A stretch of DNA of 64,000 bases from Octopus vulgaris (GCA_951406725.2 OX597820.1:6758001-6822000), one strand, 5' to 3'. Numbered from the stretch's first letter, positions 39,630 through 52,868 are shown. Translations and numbers: made by a program. The notes: generated by a model from the letters alone, not told the origin.

Positions 39630-41116
39630 AATCGCTGGAAATAAAATTTCCCTAATTCAAAAGTCACATGTTCACCCTCTTCGGTCCAGTTCCCGTATTC
39701 AGCTGAACCTTATCAATCATTTCTTAAGGAATAGAAATGTCCAACTCACTCTGGGATAATTAACGACTATTTAAATCGTTTTCCTGCTTTATGGTGCGTT
39801 AAGGCACCATTTGGTCGTTCGTTCTTCGTTTTGTAAAAAAAAAAGTAGAAATGGTTTCCATGTTGATTTGTGGACATAAATCTTTCGATGGTCTTTTCTA
39901 GAAATTATGTCTCTGCAACATTCCATCTTAATATGAAAATTTTATGTGGACAAAATTAGTATGACGCAAACACAAACAGTAGCTTCTAAGAATCAATTTC
40001 TTGGAAGTTCATGTCATGTGACCTACTAAATTACGTACCTGCCAAATCGGAGATGCAGGTCGATGCATTATATGAAATAAGAATCAGATGTAGATTGAGA
40101 ACCGAGACAAAAATACGGTGTTTGAATATCTTTCTAATATGTTTTACTACATTTATTACGTATGTATCGTAATTAGTAGACATTAGCGCTGTTGGTTACA
40201 GGTTTCAAAGCAGCCAATCTCTGGCTCATAGGACTTGTGGTGGCGACATAGAAAGGGAGTGCCTCAAACACGATACAAAACAAACACCTTAAAGCAATTG
40301 ATTGTAATGCAATTTTTCCAGTTTTCTCATAGAACGAGATATACACAAACTTAGTCACACAGGGACACAACTATATATACACATAGCATGGCAATTTATA
40401 TTTCGTTTTTGGATTTGGTTTGCAAGATTCTTTATACGAGTTCGTGTGTTGAAGCATATTCAATTGTTTCTGGGGAGAGTCGTTTTCTTTTTGTGCCTTA
40501 TTATGTAACACACTCACCGGTAAAATTTCCACTTTTTTTCCTTATTTTTATTGTCCTAAAATTTACGTTGCGTCTTGCAACCTTTGCAATATTAAGGCAG
40601 AAAAAGAAAATGACTGTCCCCAGACACAATGGCGATTTATCTTTTGTTATTGTATGTTCACGACCGACTCCCTCACGATAATGAACCCCCTAAACTATGT
40701 TCACGGCCAGTGGACTTGAACTCATAATCCAAACAAAACTAGTGACACAGGTTTCCATACTTTTGATTCAATGGAAAAGAAATGAGGATATTTCTGTCCA
40801 GTCAATGAAGTTTTGTGCTCGTTTATCGATCCTACTTTACAAAATTTGTATTTGTGTCGTTCAATGGGACAATGAATGTTCGAAAAGTCTTTATTTCTTT
40901 TTTCGAGTTGGAGTTAGTTGTGGGGTTAGATGTAATATTTGTTCATATTGTGCCTGTGTATATGTGTACGTATATATATGTGCGTGCACACGCGTGCGTG
41001 TGTGCGCGTATGTGTGAATATATCGAATATCATAAATGCGTTCTGTATTTTATTAATTATGCACGCAAGTGTACATACACACATATTATTATGCATGAAT
41101 CAACATAGGTATGCAA

Positions 41117-41159
<43 letters not shown>

Positions 41160-41179
41160 TTTATTTCTGTAACTATACA

Positions 41180-41216
<37 letters not shown>

Positions 41217-41219
<3 letters not shown>

Positions 41220-41420
41220 TTGCCATGATAGATCGTTAGCCACTGCACACATTTTATTTCTCTCCCTGTTTCTCTCCTTGTTTTTTCTGTGTCCCTTTCT
41301 TTAGAAGAGCGTAGGCTCGAAACGTAAAAGACTTTTTCTATTCCTGAGCGTTATACTAATACATATGTTTGTTTTGTACACCACCTGTCTTCGTCTTTTG
41401 TTTCTTTCGTAAACTCTCTC
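41217..41420 (+). mobile_element. (TA)n-flanked repeat of the same family as 55151
   Basis: TAGCCACT...GAAGAGCGTAGGCTCGAAACGTAAAAGAC...CTAATAC...CTTCGTCTTTTG, with TA runs on both sides. Confidence 0.88.
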
Positions 41421-41464
41421 TATATATTTATATATCAATTATGTAATATCACGTCTGGTGACAA

Positions 41465-41720
41465 GGAGGTGCAGTGGCCCAGTCGTAAGCGTTGCGTTTA
41501 TTGACCGAAAACGCCTAAAGCTCTACGAGCTCCGGCAGGGGGTGGTGGTAACCTGTTGTACTCTTCCACGACAGCTTTCCCGCGTTCTTTCTTCCTGTTT
41601 CTGTTGCACCTGTATTTCAAAGGGCCAGCCTTGTCACACTGTGTCACGCTGAACCACCCTCAGAACTACGTTAAGGGTACTCGTGTCTGTAGAGTGCCCA
41701 GCCACTTACACGTTAATAAA
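41465..41720 (+). mobile_element. SINE family C variant, partial
   Basis: Central part matches the 20000 copy and the 3' module matches 8830-8940. Confidence 0.75.
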
Positions 41721-43937
41721 TGAGCTACGACGTCACTGGTACCAAGCTGTATCGGTCCCTTTGCCTTTCCCTTGGTTAACACTAGTGGTGTGGAGAGGGG
41801 AGGCCGGTATGCATGAGCGGCTGCTGGTCTTCATTAAACAACCTTGCCCAGATTTGTGCCTCGGAGGGCAACTCTCTAGGTGTAAACCCGTGGTCATTCA
41901 TGACCGTCACAACGTCATAGGTAGATAAAAAGCTCCAAGTTGAACTGCAACTAGAAGCAGTGATGGTATAGCTGCCTAACAACAATTGGCTATCGTCGCT
42001 TTATCAATTGAGCAGGTACGTTTAAAATAGAATGAAAGAAACTACACCTAAATAACATGTATCAAGTTAAATTATGGCTTCTATATCTTTAAAGGTAATG
42101 CTTGAATTGAGAATAGATTCTAAGGAAAACAAAGATGGTGTGCACAAGTTTTTTCTTCTTGTGATCTTGTAACAACTCAACCATTATGTTTACTGATACC
42201 CGTTCTTTGCCTGTTTATGTTTTCTTTCTGGGTTATCTATTTGACAGTATACACGTCAAAGATACCGACAGTTTTATTGATAAAAAACAAAATGGTGCAT
42301 CAAGACAATGGGAGAAACCATTGGAAAATATGAGTAATCCAGTAAAGGTATGACCAAAGACACAGGATTGTACATATTGAATAAATTCAAGAATGCAGTT
42401 TAAATACAGTTTTATATTTCGAATTTTCAGAAATTACATTACATTAAAAATAACAATTTCTTACATTTTGAGTAAAGTATCAGAGATTTGTTGGCAGGAA
42501 AGTTAAGGTGGTGGTGTCGTCTAGATTCGAAAGAAGAGTCTGGAGTTTAAGAAAAATATCAAGTTGAAAGGTTAAAGAGGTAAGAGATGCAAGTGAAATG
42601 TTAAAAAATTTCGATTATGTAAAATATTAAATGGCTGGTTTAAATTGGTATTACAATATTTAACACCAATAATGGTTGCCAGTGCTATTTAGGGATTCTG
42701 TGATCTTTGATATGGGCATAGAACATTGACTAGCTCGATGCTTTTTTTACGAGACACTAAGAAGCATGGCAGTATTAAAGAAGTTAGTAACTCTCAATAA
42801 CACCTTATTCAGGTATCGTTGTGAAACAGAAAGTAATCGGCTTCAAACTCTTTCTAACCAAGACTATTTATTCTCCGATATTTTCAGTCGATTTTCCGTT
42901 AAAATAATTGCAATTAATGAGCGCAGCAGAGTGGAACGACAGGGAGTAAACTCCTTTTCTAATAAAAGTTACTGGATGGCTTAACAAACATCCTGGCAGT
43001 GCGCTACAGTTTGTCGAGTCATTGGCCTACAATACCGTTCACCATTACATGATCTGCATTGACCAATCAGAACAAGCCACGCAAATTATCAATTAGAGCT
43101 TCCGTTTCAAGTTGAATGTGGCTTACTGAAAGCGAATATTCGAACATAAATTTCTTGTTTGCGTGAAATTCCGGGTCTTAATCGTAAGCGATTCCTCTTC
43201 AAATACATCATAAATTAAATACGCCTTTCTCGTTTATACAATAGCCCTGTCCAATCATGCATATGTGTATATATGGGTGGAAGTGCAAATTTTCTTTTCT
43301 CTCCAGACATCGTTCCTCAACGACCTTAATTCTCCGCATTTTTTTTCATTGAACACCACACATGCGCTTACACACATTATGTAGTTCACAGACACTAGCA
43401 CGCCCGCACACACACACAAACAAACACACACACACTTCAATTACAGTCTCACAGGAAACCCATAAGCACAGTGTACCAAGGAAATATAAACACACCTACA
43501 TTTCCCAACCTTTCTACTAACTTATATCATTTCTATTACATAACATTGTCGATGTTATACTTACGTAACAGCCTCATACACCCACACGTTCAAAGAAGCG
43601 AGTACAGACACACACGTACATGTTCGCCAGGTTACAGTTGTCCCCCTTGCCACTCACGCATAAAGCCTCCGCTCTACTACATCCAGCCATGCACCATTTC
43701 GTGACGGTTGGATACTCGTTCGTGCATTTCGCGTTTCCCCGATTTCTTCTCTCCATTTCGATACTATCGTTCAGAAGAGAACGCGTTAGGCACATTTACT
43801 TCTTTCCTTCCCCCAATTTCATAAACGTCAGAAGAATGCCAACGTTGTCTTTATATTTACGTCGTTTTTTGTATTGTATTTTCCGCCAGCCTGGCTCTAT
43901 ACTTACATTCACACATACTCATACATACACGCATGCA

Positions 43938-43939
<2 letters not shown>

Positions 43940-43993
<54 letters not shown>

Positions 43994-44270
43994 TACACAT
44001 ACATACATATAAACATACACATTTACATATATACATACATACATATATATAAACATACACACTTACATATATACATACACATATATATATAAACATACAC
44101 ATATATATATGTGTATGTTTATATATATATGTGTATGTATATACACACACACACATATATGCACACACACACATATATACACACACACACACATATACAC
44201 ACATACACACATACACACACATATATACACACACACACACATATATACACACACACATATATACACACAC

Positions 44271-44301
<31 letters not shown>

Positions 44302-44335
44302 TATATACACACACACACACACATACACACACACA

Positions 44336-44432
<97 letters not shown>
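43940..44432 (+). repeat. Large (TA)n/(CA)n compound microsatellite, representative of dozens in the window (e.g. 3503-4033, 10040-10430, 17590-17850, 18560-18790, 27415-27875)
   Basis: Directly visible. Confidence 0.97.
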
Positions 44433-44592
44433 CGCATCATCTTTACTGCGGTAAACCAAAGATTGGACAATCGGAAAACTATAACAATTCCTTGCGAATG
44501 CATAATAAACGAGAAGTGCATATTCTTAAACACACGCATATGCGCTCACACACACACACGCCCACATGTATATACATACATACATACACGTA

Positions 44593-44650
<58 letters not shown>

Positions 44651-44864
44651 ATACACGCGCACACATGCACATACGTGTATGCATATATATGCATATATGT
44701 ATATGTATATATATATGTATATATATATGTGTATATATGTATGTGTATACGTATATATATATATATATATGTGTGTGTACGCATATATATAAATGTGTGT
44801 GTATGCACATATATATATATATATTATATACTATATAAACATTTTTGCAAATATATAAGCAGGT

Positions 44865-44899
<35 letters not shown>

Positions 44900-45390
44900 C
44901 ACATACGTGTACGTGTATGTATGTGTAAGCATAAGCACACACACACACACACACACACACACATTCTGACATGGACGGCCATCTGCACCTTACAACTGCG
45001 TACGTTAGCGTTTGTGTGTTTATATGAGAGGGTAACAGGAGGGGTTGCGGGTTTGAATCTATGAGAAACGAATGCGTTTTCTCTGTATCCGTGTGAAGTA
45101 AACGTTATTCGTTGATCACTGAGCCACATCTGCATTTTCACAACCATCTTGGAACAAAAAATATAAACAGAAAAAACGAAAATAAACGAAAAAAAAAACC
45201 CCAACTAATTTGTATGTTCTCTATATTTTTGTATTAACATCTTACATATTTCTTTAGTGTTTAAGTGAGAGACTCTAGATTGCTTTTGACATGTCACAAC
45301 GACCTCCAACATATAAACTCACCCTGTTTATCAGCACCATGGCCAACCGATAGAAGAAAAAAAAATATATATATACATATATATTTAAAC

Positions 45391-45424
<34 letters not shown>

Positions 45425-45530
45425 CATGTGACCTCTTATTCTACCTTTCTTACACATGGATGAATTATAATCACATTTCGTGTTTTGCTCTCCGAATAAG
45501 AAGCCAAAGCAGTTTATGTCCCGTTTTAGC

Positions 45531-45703
45531 TAGTAGTAGTAGTAGTAGCAGCAGCACTGGTAATGGTGGTGGTGCTGGTGGTAGTAGTAGCAGTAGTAGT
45601 AGTAGTAATGATAGTAGTAGTAGTAGTAATGATAGTAGTAGTAGTGGTAATGGTGGTAGTAGTAGTAGTAGTAATGGTGGTAGTAGTAGTAGCGGTGGTA
45701 ATG

Positions 45704-45749
<46 letters not shown>

Positions 45750-45769
45750 CAGTAGTAGTAGTAGTAGTG

Positions 45770-45801
<32 letters not shown>

Positions 45802-45838
45802 AATGGTAGTAGTAGTAGTAGTAGTAGTGGTGGTAATG

Positions 45839-45877
<39 letters not shown>

Positions 45878-45880
45878 ATG

Positions 45881-45930
<50 letters not shown>

Positions 45931-45961
45931 AATGGTAGTAGTAGTAGTAGTGGTGGTAATG

Positions 45962-46008
<47 letters not shown>

Positions 46009-46012
46009 AATG

Positions 46013-46056
<44 letters not shown>

Positions 46057-46060
46057 AATG

Positions 46061-46098
<38 letters not shown>
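45531..46098 (+). repeat. (AGT)n trinucleotide array punctuated by GGTGGTAATGGT
   Basis: Directly visible; the source of the poly-S and poly-V ORFs. Confidence 0.97.
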
Positions 46099-46635
46099 TA
46101 GTGTTGTTGCTGCTGGTGGTGTCGTTTGTGGTGTCTCCTTTGATGTTATTCTGCCGATATCCTTTTTTTTCTTGTTGTTGTTAGTTGTGGGTTGGTGCTG
46201 CGCTTGTTGTTGTCACTTAGCCCTCATTTAGCTCTGCTATGACAGTCTTACGATCAGCGACATTCCAGCCATGACCACCCAATGTTCTTATAGCTATCGA
46301 GCAATATATCGTCCTATGTCCTCCCGTGTTGAAGACGATGCGATGCAATTTTATGTGAGATTCAACTTTCATTTCTCCATTGCTGAACACACTGTAATTA
46401 GTGAATGCTCCCCCTGCCTACCATAACATTGCGTCGGTTTTATGCCAGATGAATAACAAAGCTCAAAATTCAACTGGTCACACCTCTCGCTTTCACTCTA
46501 CCAATGATGCCAGAGTTTTCTTGGAGAATGGTGCTGACATTATTCCTAATCCTATCATTTCTTTTACGGATCATACAGACGCATATAGTCTTCTTTTCTT
46601 CAGAAAACAGAAAATAACTACAGATATTAAAACAA

Positions 46636-46698
<63 letters not shown>

Positions 46699-47730
46699 GT
46701 ATAGCAGCAGTAATGGTTTCTGATTTAGGCAAAAAGACAGGGATTTGAGAGGAGTGGGTTCGTTCATAACATCAACCATTAACCATTTATGAACAGTTTT
46801 AATGGTTGATGCTGAATGCTGCTTTCTGAGAATTCATAAGAGTTTTATGTGAAGGAGAGCGTTGGTGTGTTTATCGTTGTTTATCCATGTTGAACCGGTT
46901 TATATATAAAGACTTTCTAAATGGAACCTTCTACTATTTTGTCCCGGCAAGGTTTAACTTAGACTACGTTATATGCTGTCCTTCAATCTTTACAGCAAAA
47001 GTATGATTTTTAGTGAGATTTAAACTACTAGATCTAGCATGTCAAGTTGCTACATGTTAGTATTCTTTGCTCGTTATTTCGATGTTGTCATAAAGGAGAA
47101 TACACTGCATTTAGCTAATTCAATGTAGTTTTTGAAATAATATTCGTTGTGCAACAGGTTTTATCTTGACAGCAGTGTGGTTTGTAAAGATTCCTATAGA
47201 ATTACATAATGCTCCGTTATAATGTTAATGTTTTAACAATATCGACTGCTTTTATTTATCACTCACAACTCCTTCCATTTATACAAATGCATTTTTCATT
47301 ATTAACTTCTGCGATGTTCAGTTATTTTTATGTCCTTGGGAAAAAATTAATGTTTTTTAAATCTTACTTTATGCTTAATCCGCTTAGGTATAAACGTCAC
47401 ATGATACATAAGCTCTCTAATAGAAATTTTATTTCTTTGGACTGTTTTATAAAAACGCTATTTGAATACCAAACATCGCCAGTAAATTGCATTTATAAAG
47501 GGCAATTAATATTTTAAATAGGGCCATATATAGAGCCAATTTAAAGTTAGGTCGTGTACGGATTATTTCGGATTATAGGATCCTAACCTACGATCACGAC
47601 TCCAATTGGGCTGTTGTATAATTGTCCAACGGTTTAAGGAGACAAAACGAAATATTTGATGGCATATCAAATTGTCAGGATTGCATCATACAATAAACCA
47701 CAGTAGTAAGGAACACGATACAAAACTTGA

Positions 47731-48372
47731 AACTATACCTCGGGAACGTAATGATTATCTTCGACGATCCATTTACAGGAAACTCTAGTCCAAAATAATC
47801 GTAAAGGTTTACGAAGCACTGATCTAAATTATTTAAGTGGAGGAAAATGATTCTAAGATTACTTTAGCATTACAAATTAGTTAGAACTGATGGATATACC
47901 GATCAAAGTGCCTTCCAATTGCGTATCACAATATAGATATATTTATAAATATAAGTGTGTGTGTGTGTGTTGATAGATAGATAATATATATATATATATA
48001 ATCGTAAACTGCATCCTCAAACCAATAGTTACACGTCTCTGATGATTTGACTGTTGGTCTTGATTATGTAATATGCATTTTGCAACTAATGATAACATTG
48101 CGTTAATGAAATGTACGTAAGAGGATACCACTAGATATTTTATATTTATCTCCCTCGTTATGTTTTATTTTTGTATACGTGCAATTGGAAGGCACTTTGA
48201 TCGCTATATCAACCAGTTCTAACTAATTTGTAATGCTAAAGTAATCTTAGAATCATTTCCCTTCACTTAAATAATTTAGGTCAGTACGTCGTAAACCTTT
48301 ACGATTATTTTGGACTAGAGTTTCCTGTAAATGGATCGTCGAAGATAATCATTACGTTCCCGAGGTATAGTT
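47731..48372. repeat. Inverted repeat, ~192-bp arms, ~258-bp spacer, with a 73-bp direct repeat
   Basis: Arms are 47731-47922 and 48181-48372. The direct repeat is 47487-47559 and 48371-48443 (one mismatch). Confidence 0.95.
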
Positions 48373-48810
48373 GCATTTATAAAGGGCAATTAATATTTTA
48401 AATAGGGCCATATATAGTGCCAATTTAAAGTTAGGTCGTGTACTGTATATAGTAGAAATTATGTGTACAATTAGGAATACCAGTGCTATGTTGAGTGCTC
48501 TACGTAGTTCGCTTTTTGTCTAAAGAAAACAGACTAGACAACCGGTTGTGTTATCAATTATAAGCTACAGAGCAAATGTTGGGAAAATAAGGAGGCACAC
48601 AAGTTTATTTTATTTTGCATTTCCTCGGCGCATCCTCAGGCAGTCCTTATATCAGATTATATATAATTGTGTCCAGTTATCAGTGACACAGTTCTCTGTA
48701 ATCTGATATAACAAAGCACTCCCAGAGATCGCGTGTAGCAACTTGAAAGTAAAACAGAGTCGTGATAGATAGACAGACAGACAAACAGAAAGACAGACAG
48801 ACAGACAGAT

Positions 48811-51147
48811 AAGTTTCATTATTGGCCACACAGGGCTGCACACAGATGGGACAAATTACAATGTAGAGCTTTTCTTTTGGGGGATGAAAAAAAAAACAAA
48901 AAACAAAAAACAAGAGAAACAAAAAAAAAGTGGCGTAGGTTTTCGATCAAAAGGGATCGTGAAAAGGAAAAAAAAGGAGAAAAAAAGAAACAAAAGAAAA
49001 GAAAAAGGAAAAAAGAAGAAAAAAGAGGTAAAAAGGGGAAGAGGAAAAAAAAGCGATCAATAGGGATCGTGTATCACAGTGTCATGATGTACGGTGTAAA
49101 GGGGGGAAGCGGATGAGGTTTATCTGTGGGAAGAAAAGCCTACGAAAAAGACCACGATAACCTCGGTCAATATTGTTATATGTTACCACATTTGTTTGCA
49201 AGTGGGTAACCCTCTGTTTTCAATTTCTGGGTTCATAGGATTATGCTCAAGGTGGCTTCGTCATTCATACGTGCCATCCTTGCTACATTCACCCATGTTT
49301 TTTTAAAACATTCGCTAGAGAAAACTTGCCTCTCTACTCTCACTTTCCTTTTCAAGTGGTACTTGAAGAAGTTGATGAGAGATTGACCAGAGAGGAAAGT
49401 GTTTGTCTCCAATCCTTTCAGACGCGTCCACCAGATACATTCTTTCTCCATAGCCACAAGGATGATGAAAATAGCTCTTCCTTCCCGTTTGAAGGAAGGA
49501 GGCGTGACAATATTGACGATAGGCTCAGCTGATAAACCGACTCGTCCCACACGTGACATCAGTTGTTCGAGATAAGCCCACAGGTCGGAAATTGTTGGAC
49601 ACTGCACGAGTGCGTGCAAAACGGCTTGGTCGCTCTGACCACATCTCGGGCAGGTCGGCCCCGTGTTTCTCGAGCCGTGTCTGTAGAGCTTATCCCGAAC
49701 GGGTAGCGCTTCTCGGTAGCAGTGCCAGGCCAGGGATCTCTGGAAGTTGTCCATGGGCCCTGGCCCGAAAGTCGTCCCGAACAGGCGGGTCAGGTATTCC
49801 TCGTCGACGTCCAGGTTCGCCCCGAGTTCGTCGTCGTACCTCCCCTCCACTAATCCCATATAGAATGCTTTGGTTGTGATGGAGTCACTCAAGGTTGATC
49901 CAGGACGGCAGAGTTGCTTGATAGCAACGCGACACTCGCGGTGCCATTCGCCCTTCCTCGGCCTCTTTTTGATCCACGACTGCAGTTCGGTCATAGAGAC
50001 GAGCTGCGGGAAAGCGTACCCCACAAACGGCGACCACACCTGTTCACCGTCATCTACGAAGAGCCTGAAATGTCGCAGTCTCAGCGCGTGTCTGCGCATC
50101 ATCAACCACGGCATGCCCAGTCCTCCTTTTAACGGGTGTTGACAGCAAATGGATCGCCTGACCATCGGGACGCATCCTTTCCACAAGAAGCGAAAGAGAA
50201 TGCGTTCTAGTTTGGTGATGGTAGGGTCGGGACAAGGCACGACGGTCAGGCGGTAGTAGATGACGGACGCGATGTACGTGTTCGCCACCTCCGCCCGACC
50301 TTTTAGGGACAGTTTTCTCTCGGCCCATTGCCGGGCGAGAGTGACCACCCTACTCGTTATCTCGTTCCAGTTCTTCTCCACTTGGAGGTCCTGACCGAAC
50401 CACACCCTGAGCAACTCGACCGGACCGTCGGTCCAGCGTCCCACGACGGAGGCGCTGGTGGACGGCATGGGCTTGCTTCTCCAGGTGCCTAGTCGCAAGC
50501 CCACTGACTTTTCCCGGTTGATTTTCGCTTCTCTCACCGCTTCGTAGTTTTTCAGTGTTTCGCCGACCTGCTCGATGTGCTCGTGGCTAGACACTATGAC
50601 GGTGACGTCGTCCGCGTATGCAGACACGCTCGTACCGCATCCCAGTTCTCGCGGGATGCCCCTCAGAGTTGCCAGCTTCCGCAATAATGGCTCGAGAGCC
50701 AATGCGTATAGAAGTGACGAAAGGGGGCATCCCTGACGGACCGAACGTGCGATGTCGAAAGGTCTCAATAGATGTCCATTTACGGGAATTACCGAACGGA
50801 TGCCTCTGTACAAAGCGGCTATCCAGCCGCGGAAGACGGGACCGAAGCCAGCCGCTCTGAGGACAGCCCCCAAGTATCGATGGTCTACCCTATCGAAAGC
50901 TTTCGATTGATCCAAATTGATCAGCGCCCCACCCATGCCAGGTTCATTAACTACACTGTCTATGATGTAGCGCATCAGGTGGAGGTTGTCATGGATGGTC
51001 CGGCCCGACACGGCGCACGTTTGTGCCTTGTCGACCAGTTTCTCGATGACAAGCGCCAACCTCTTGGCTAACACCTTGGCCAAAATTTTCAAGTCTGCAT
51101 TAAGCAGCGTGATGGGCCTGAAGTTATCTATTACACTTCCCTTGTTT
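48811..51147 (-). mobile_element. 5'-truncated Tx1/L1-clade non-LTR retrotransposon (3' part of ORF2 plus 3' UTR)
   Basis: GC- and CpG-rich block containing an uninterrupted RT ORF and about 420 bp of 3' UTR. It is flanked by (GATA/GACA)n at 48764-48811 and (TAGA)n at 51147-51165. Confidence 0.92.
49233..51146 (-). CDS. LINE ORF2 fragment: reverse transcriptase plus C-terminal zinc-binding (zf-RVT-like) domain; no endonuclease
   Basis: The frame stays open upstream of the annotated start (NKGSVIDNFRPITLLNADLKILAKVLAKRL). RT motifs LDQSKAFDRVDH, VRQGCPLS and AYADD, the GGLGMP motif and CPRCG...HALVQC are present, with no internal stops. Confidence 0.93.
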   Translation of the reverse strand, partial: NKGSVIDNFRPITLLNADLKILAKVLAKRLALVIEKLVDKAQTCAVSGRTIHDNLHLMRYIIDSVVNEPGMGGALINLDQSKAFDRVDHRYLGAVLRAAGFGPVFRGWIAALYRGIRSVIPVNGHLLRPFDIARSVRQGCPLSSLLYALALEPLLRKLATLRGIPRELGCGTSVSAYADDVTVIVSSHEHIEQVGETLKNYEAVREAKINREKSVGLRLGTWRSKPMPSTSASVVGRWTDGPVELLRVWFGQDLQVEKNWNEITSRVVTLARQWAERKLSLKGRAEVANTYIASVIYYRLTVVPCPDPTITKLERILFRFLWKGCVPMVRRSICCQHPLKGGLGMPWLMMRRHALRLRHFRLFVDDGEQVWSPFVGYAFPQLVSMTELQSWIKKRPRKGEWHRECRVAIKQLCRPGSTLSDSITTKAFYMGLVEGRYDDELGANLDVDEEYLTRLFGTTFGPGPMDNFQRSLAWHCYREALPVRDKLYRHGSRNTGPTCPRCGQSDQAVLHALVQCPTISDLWAYLEQLMSRVGRVGLSAEPIVNIVTPPSFKREGRAIFIILVAMEKECIWWTRLKGLETNTFLSGQSLINFFKYHLKRKVRVERQVFSSECFKKTWVNVARMARMNDEATLSIIL

Positions 51148-51888
51148 AGATAGATAGATAGATAGTGTCAATCGGGCTCATCACAGATTTCGAAACCTGC
51201 TTGAAGAATTTCATGTTTTCCCGCAATATTTCTAGTCTTAAGTGGCTTATTTTTGGCTATATCTAGCACTATGTATTTCTAAGTTAAGATTTAAAATAAG
51301 GCAATCCTGCAAAGCACAACTGATCTTTACACACAGATGCACAGAATGACAGCAATCAAATACCAACAGCAGAGTGCACAACAAACATCACCGATCTGTT
51401 TGTCACCTGGATTCTTGACAAGAGATACCAGTTAGTCTTTTACACAGGCTCGTTCGTATTAGCCCAAGTTGCTGGATAATTTTTTGTTCCTTTAAGAATA
51501 TTGTAGAACGGACATTTTTCATAGATTGGAATTTAAATCCTAATCTCTATAGAAATTTATTGTTTCAAGAAAACATTGAATTACTTTTAACATTTACGAT
51601 TATGGATAAAGACTCGGGCTGTAACTTTTGAGCCTGAGTCAGGCGCGTGTGAACGATGCTGAGAGAACATCTGCTACGAATGATATTTTTTGACACAGGG
51701 CACCTTTAAGACGACCACCAGGCGGTGGACGAAAATAAATGAACTGCGACCAGACTCAATAAAAGGAGCTCGAGTTATTGGCTGCAATTACACACTTGAA
51801 GTCAGTGTTGGTAGAAATTCAATCAGATTGCAAATACACGCTTAATTTACTAAATTTATACTCGAATAGCCCGGGTGCCGGAGTCGGC

Positions 51889-51937
<49 letters not shown>

Positions 51938-52131
51938 AAGAAGCAACAAGAATGGATTAGTTTTTAGTACAATTGTTTCATACAAAGACAGGCTTTATTA
52001 AAAGTTGCAAAAATTGCAACTTTATAATCACCCCACATTACTGTATGGTTAACACCATATAGTTTTCTGGTGCATCTAAGTTAAGTACCATATTCAAGTA
52101 AATTCATTGGAATGGACTTGAATCTTAATTG

Positions 52132-52184
<53 letters not shown>

Positions 52185-52868
52185 CATACATACATACATA
52201 CATACATACATACATACATACATACATACATACATACATACATACATACATACATACATACAACTCATACGCACACACACACTCACACACACTCACACAC
52301 GTGTGTATTTGTGTAAATGAAAGATGTCTGCTGGTTAAAGTGAAGTTGGCCTTAAAGAAATGTACATCGCATAAGGACCAGAAATTTGATAGAATTGTTG
52401 CTTAGAGAAGAGTCTAGCAGAAATGTCTTTTTCTCATTTTCACCCAAATATATGAACGGATCCAAAGAATAAATACATTTTCGAATTACATAGTGCAGAA
52501 GCAGCATGGAATGAATCAAATGGAATATCAAACGGAATGGGACATGAAATGCGGACTGTTTGAAAACTATAACATTTTAGGAAGCAATCACACAGATTTT
52601 AGAACATCAAATCCTCAGAGTTTCCATAACAAACATAAATTTCTCGAAGCTTTATTATAGTTTGCGACAATATCATGGCATAAACGAAATCTATAACTCC
52701 TTTGAGATGGTTCGGGGAGTTAGCAAAGCCTCGAATGCTCTGTATAGAGAAATGTATTGGTAGAGAAAAGAGTATCTATATTTTGCACTCATTTAATCTG
52801 TGTGACCGAGAAGAGAGAAACCCATGTACCAGAGCCAAGGGTGTATCTTTAATATATTTTATTCGTAG

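Noticed and set aside
45265-46231. Poly-Ser/Gly 278-aa and poly-Val 222-aa ORFs
   Set aside because: They come from an (AGT)n array, with no flanking coding signal or splice support.
49326-51071. Several plus-strand ORFs overlapping the RT
   Set aside because: Antisense shadows of a GC-rich coding sequence.
51965-52090. GAAACAATTGTA (palindromic helix III-like) on the minus strand in a TA-flanked insert
   Set aside because: The 5' core box could not be identified, so at most it is a decayed terminus.
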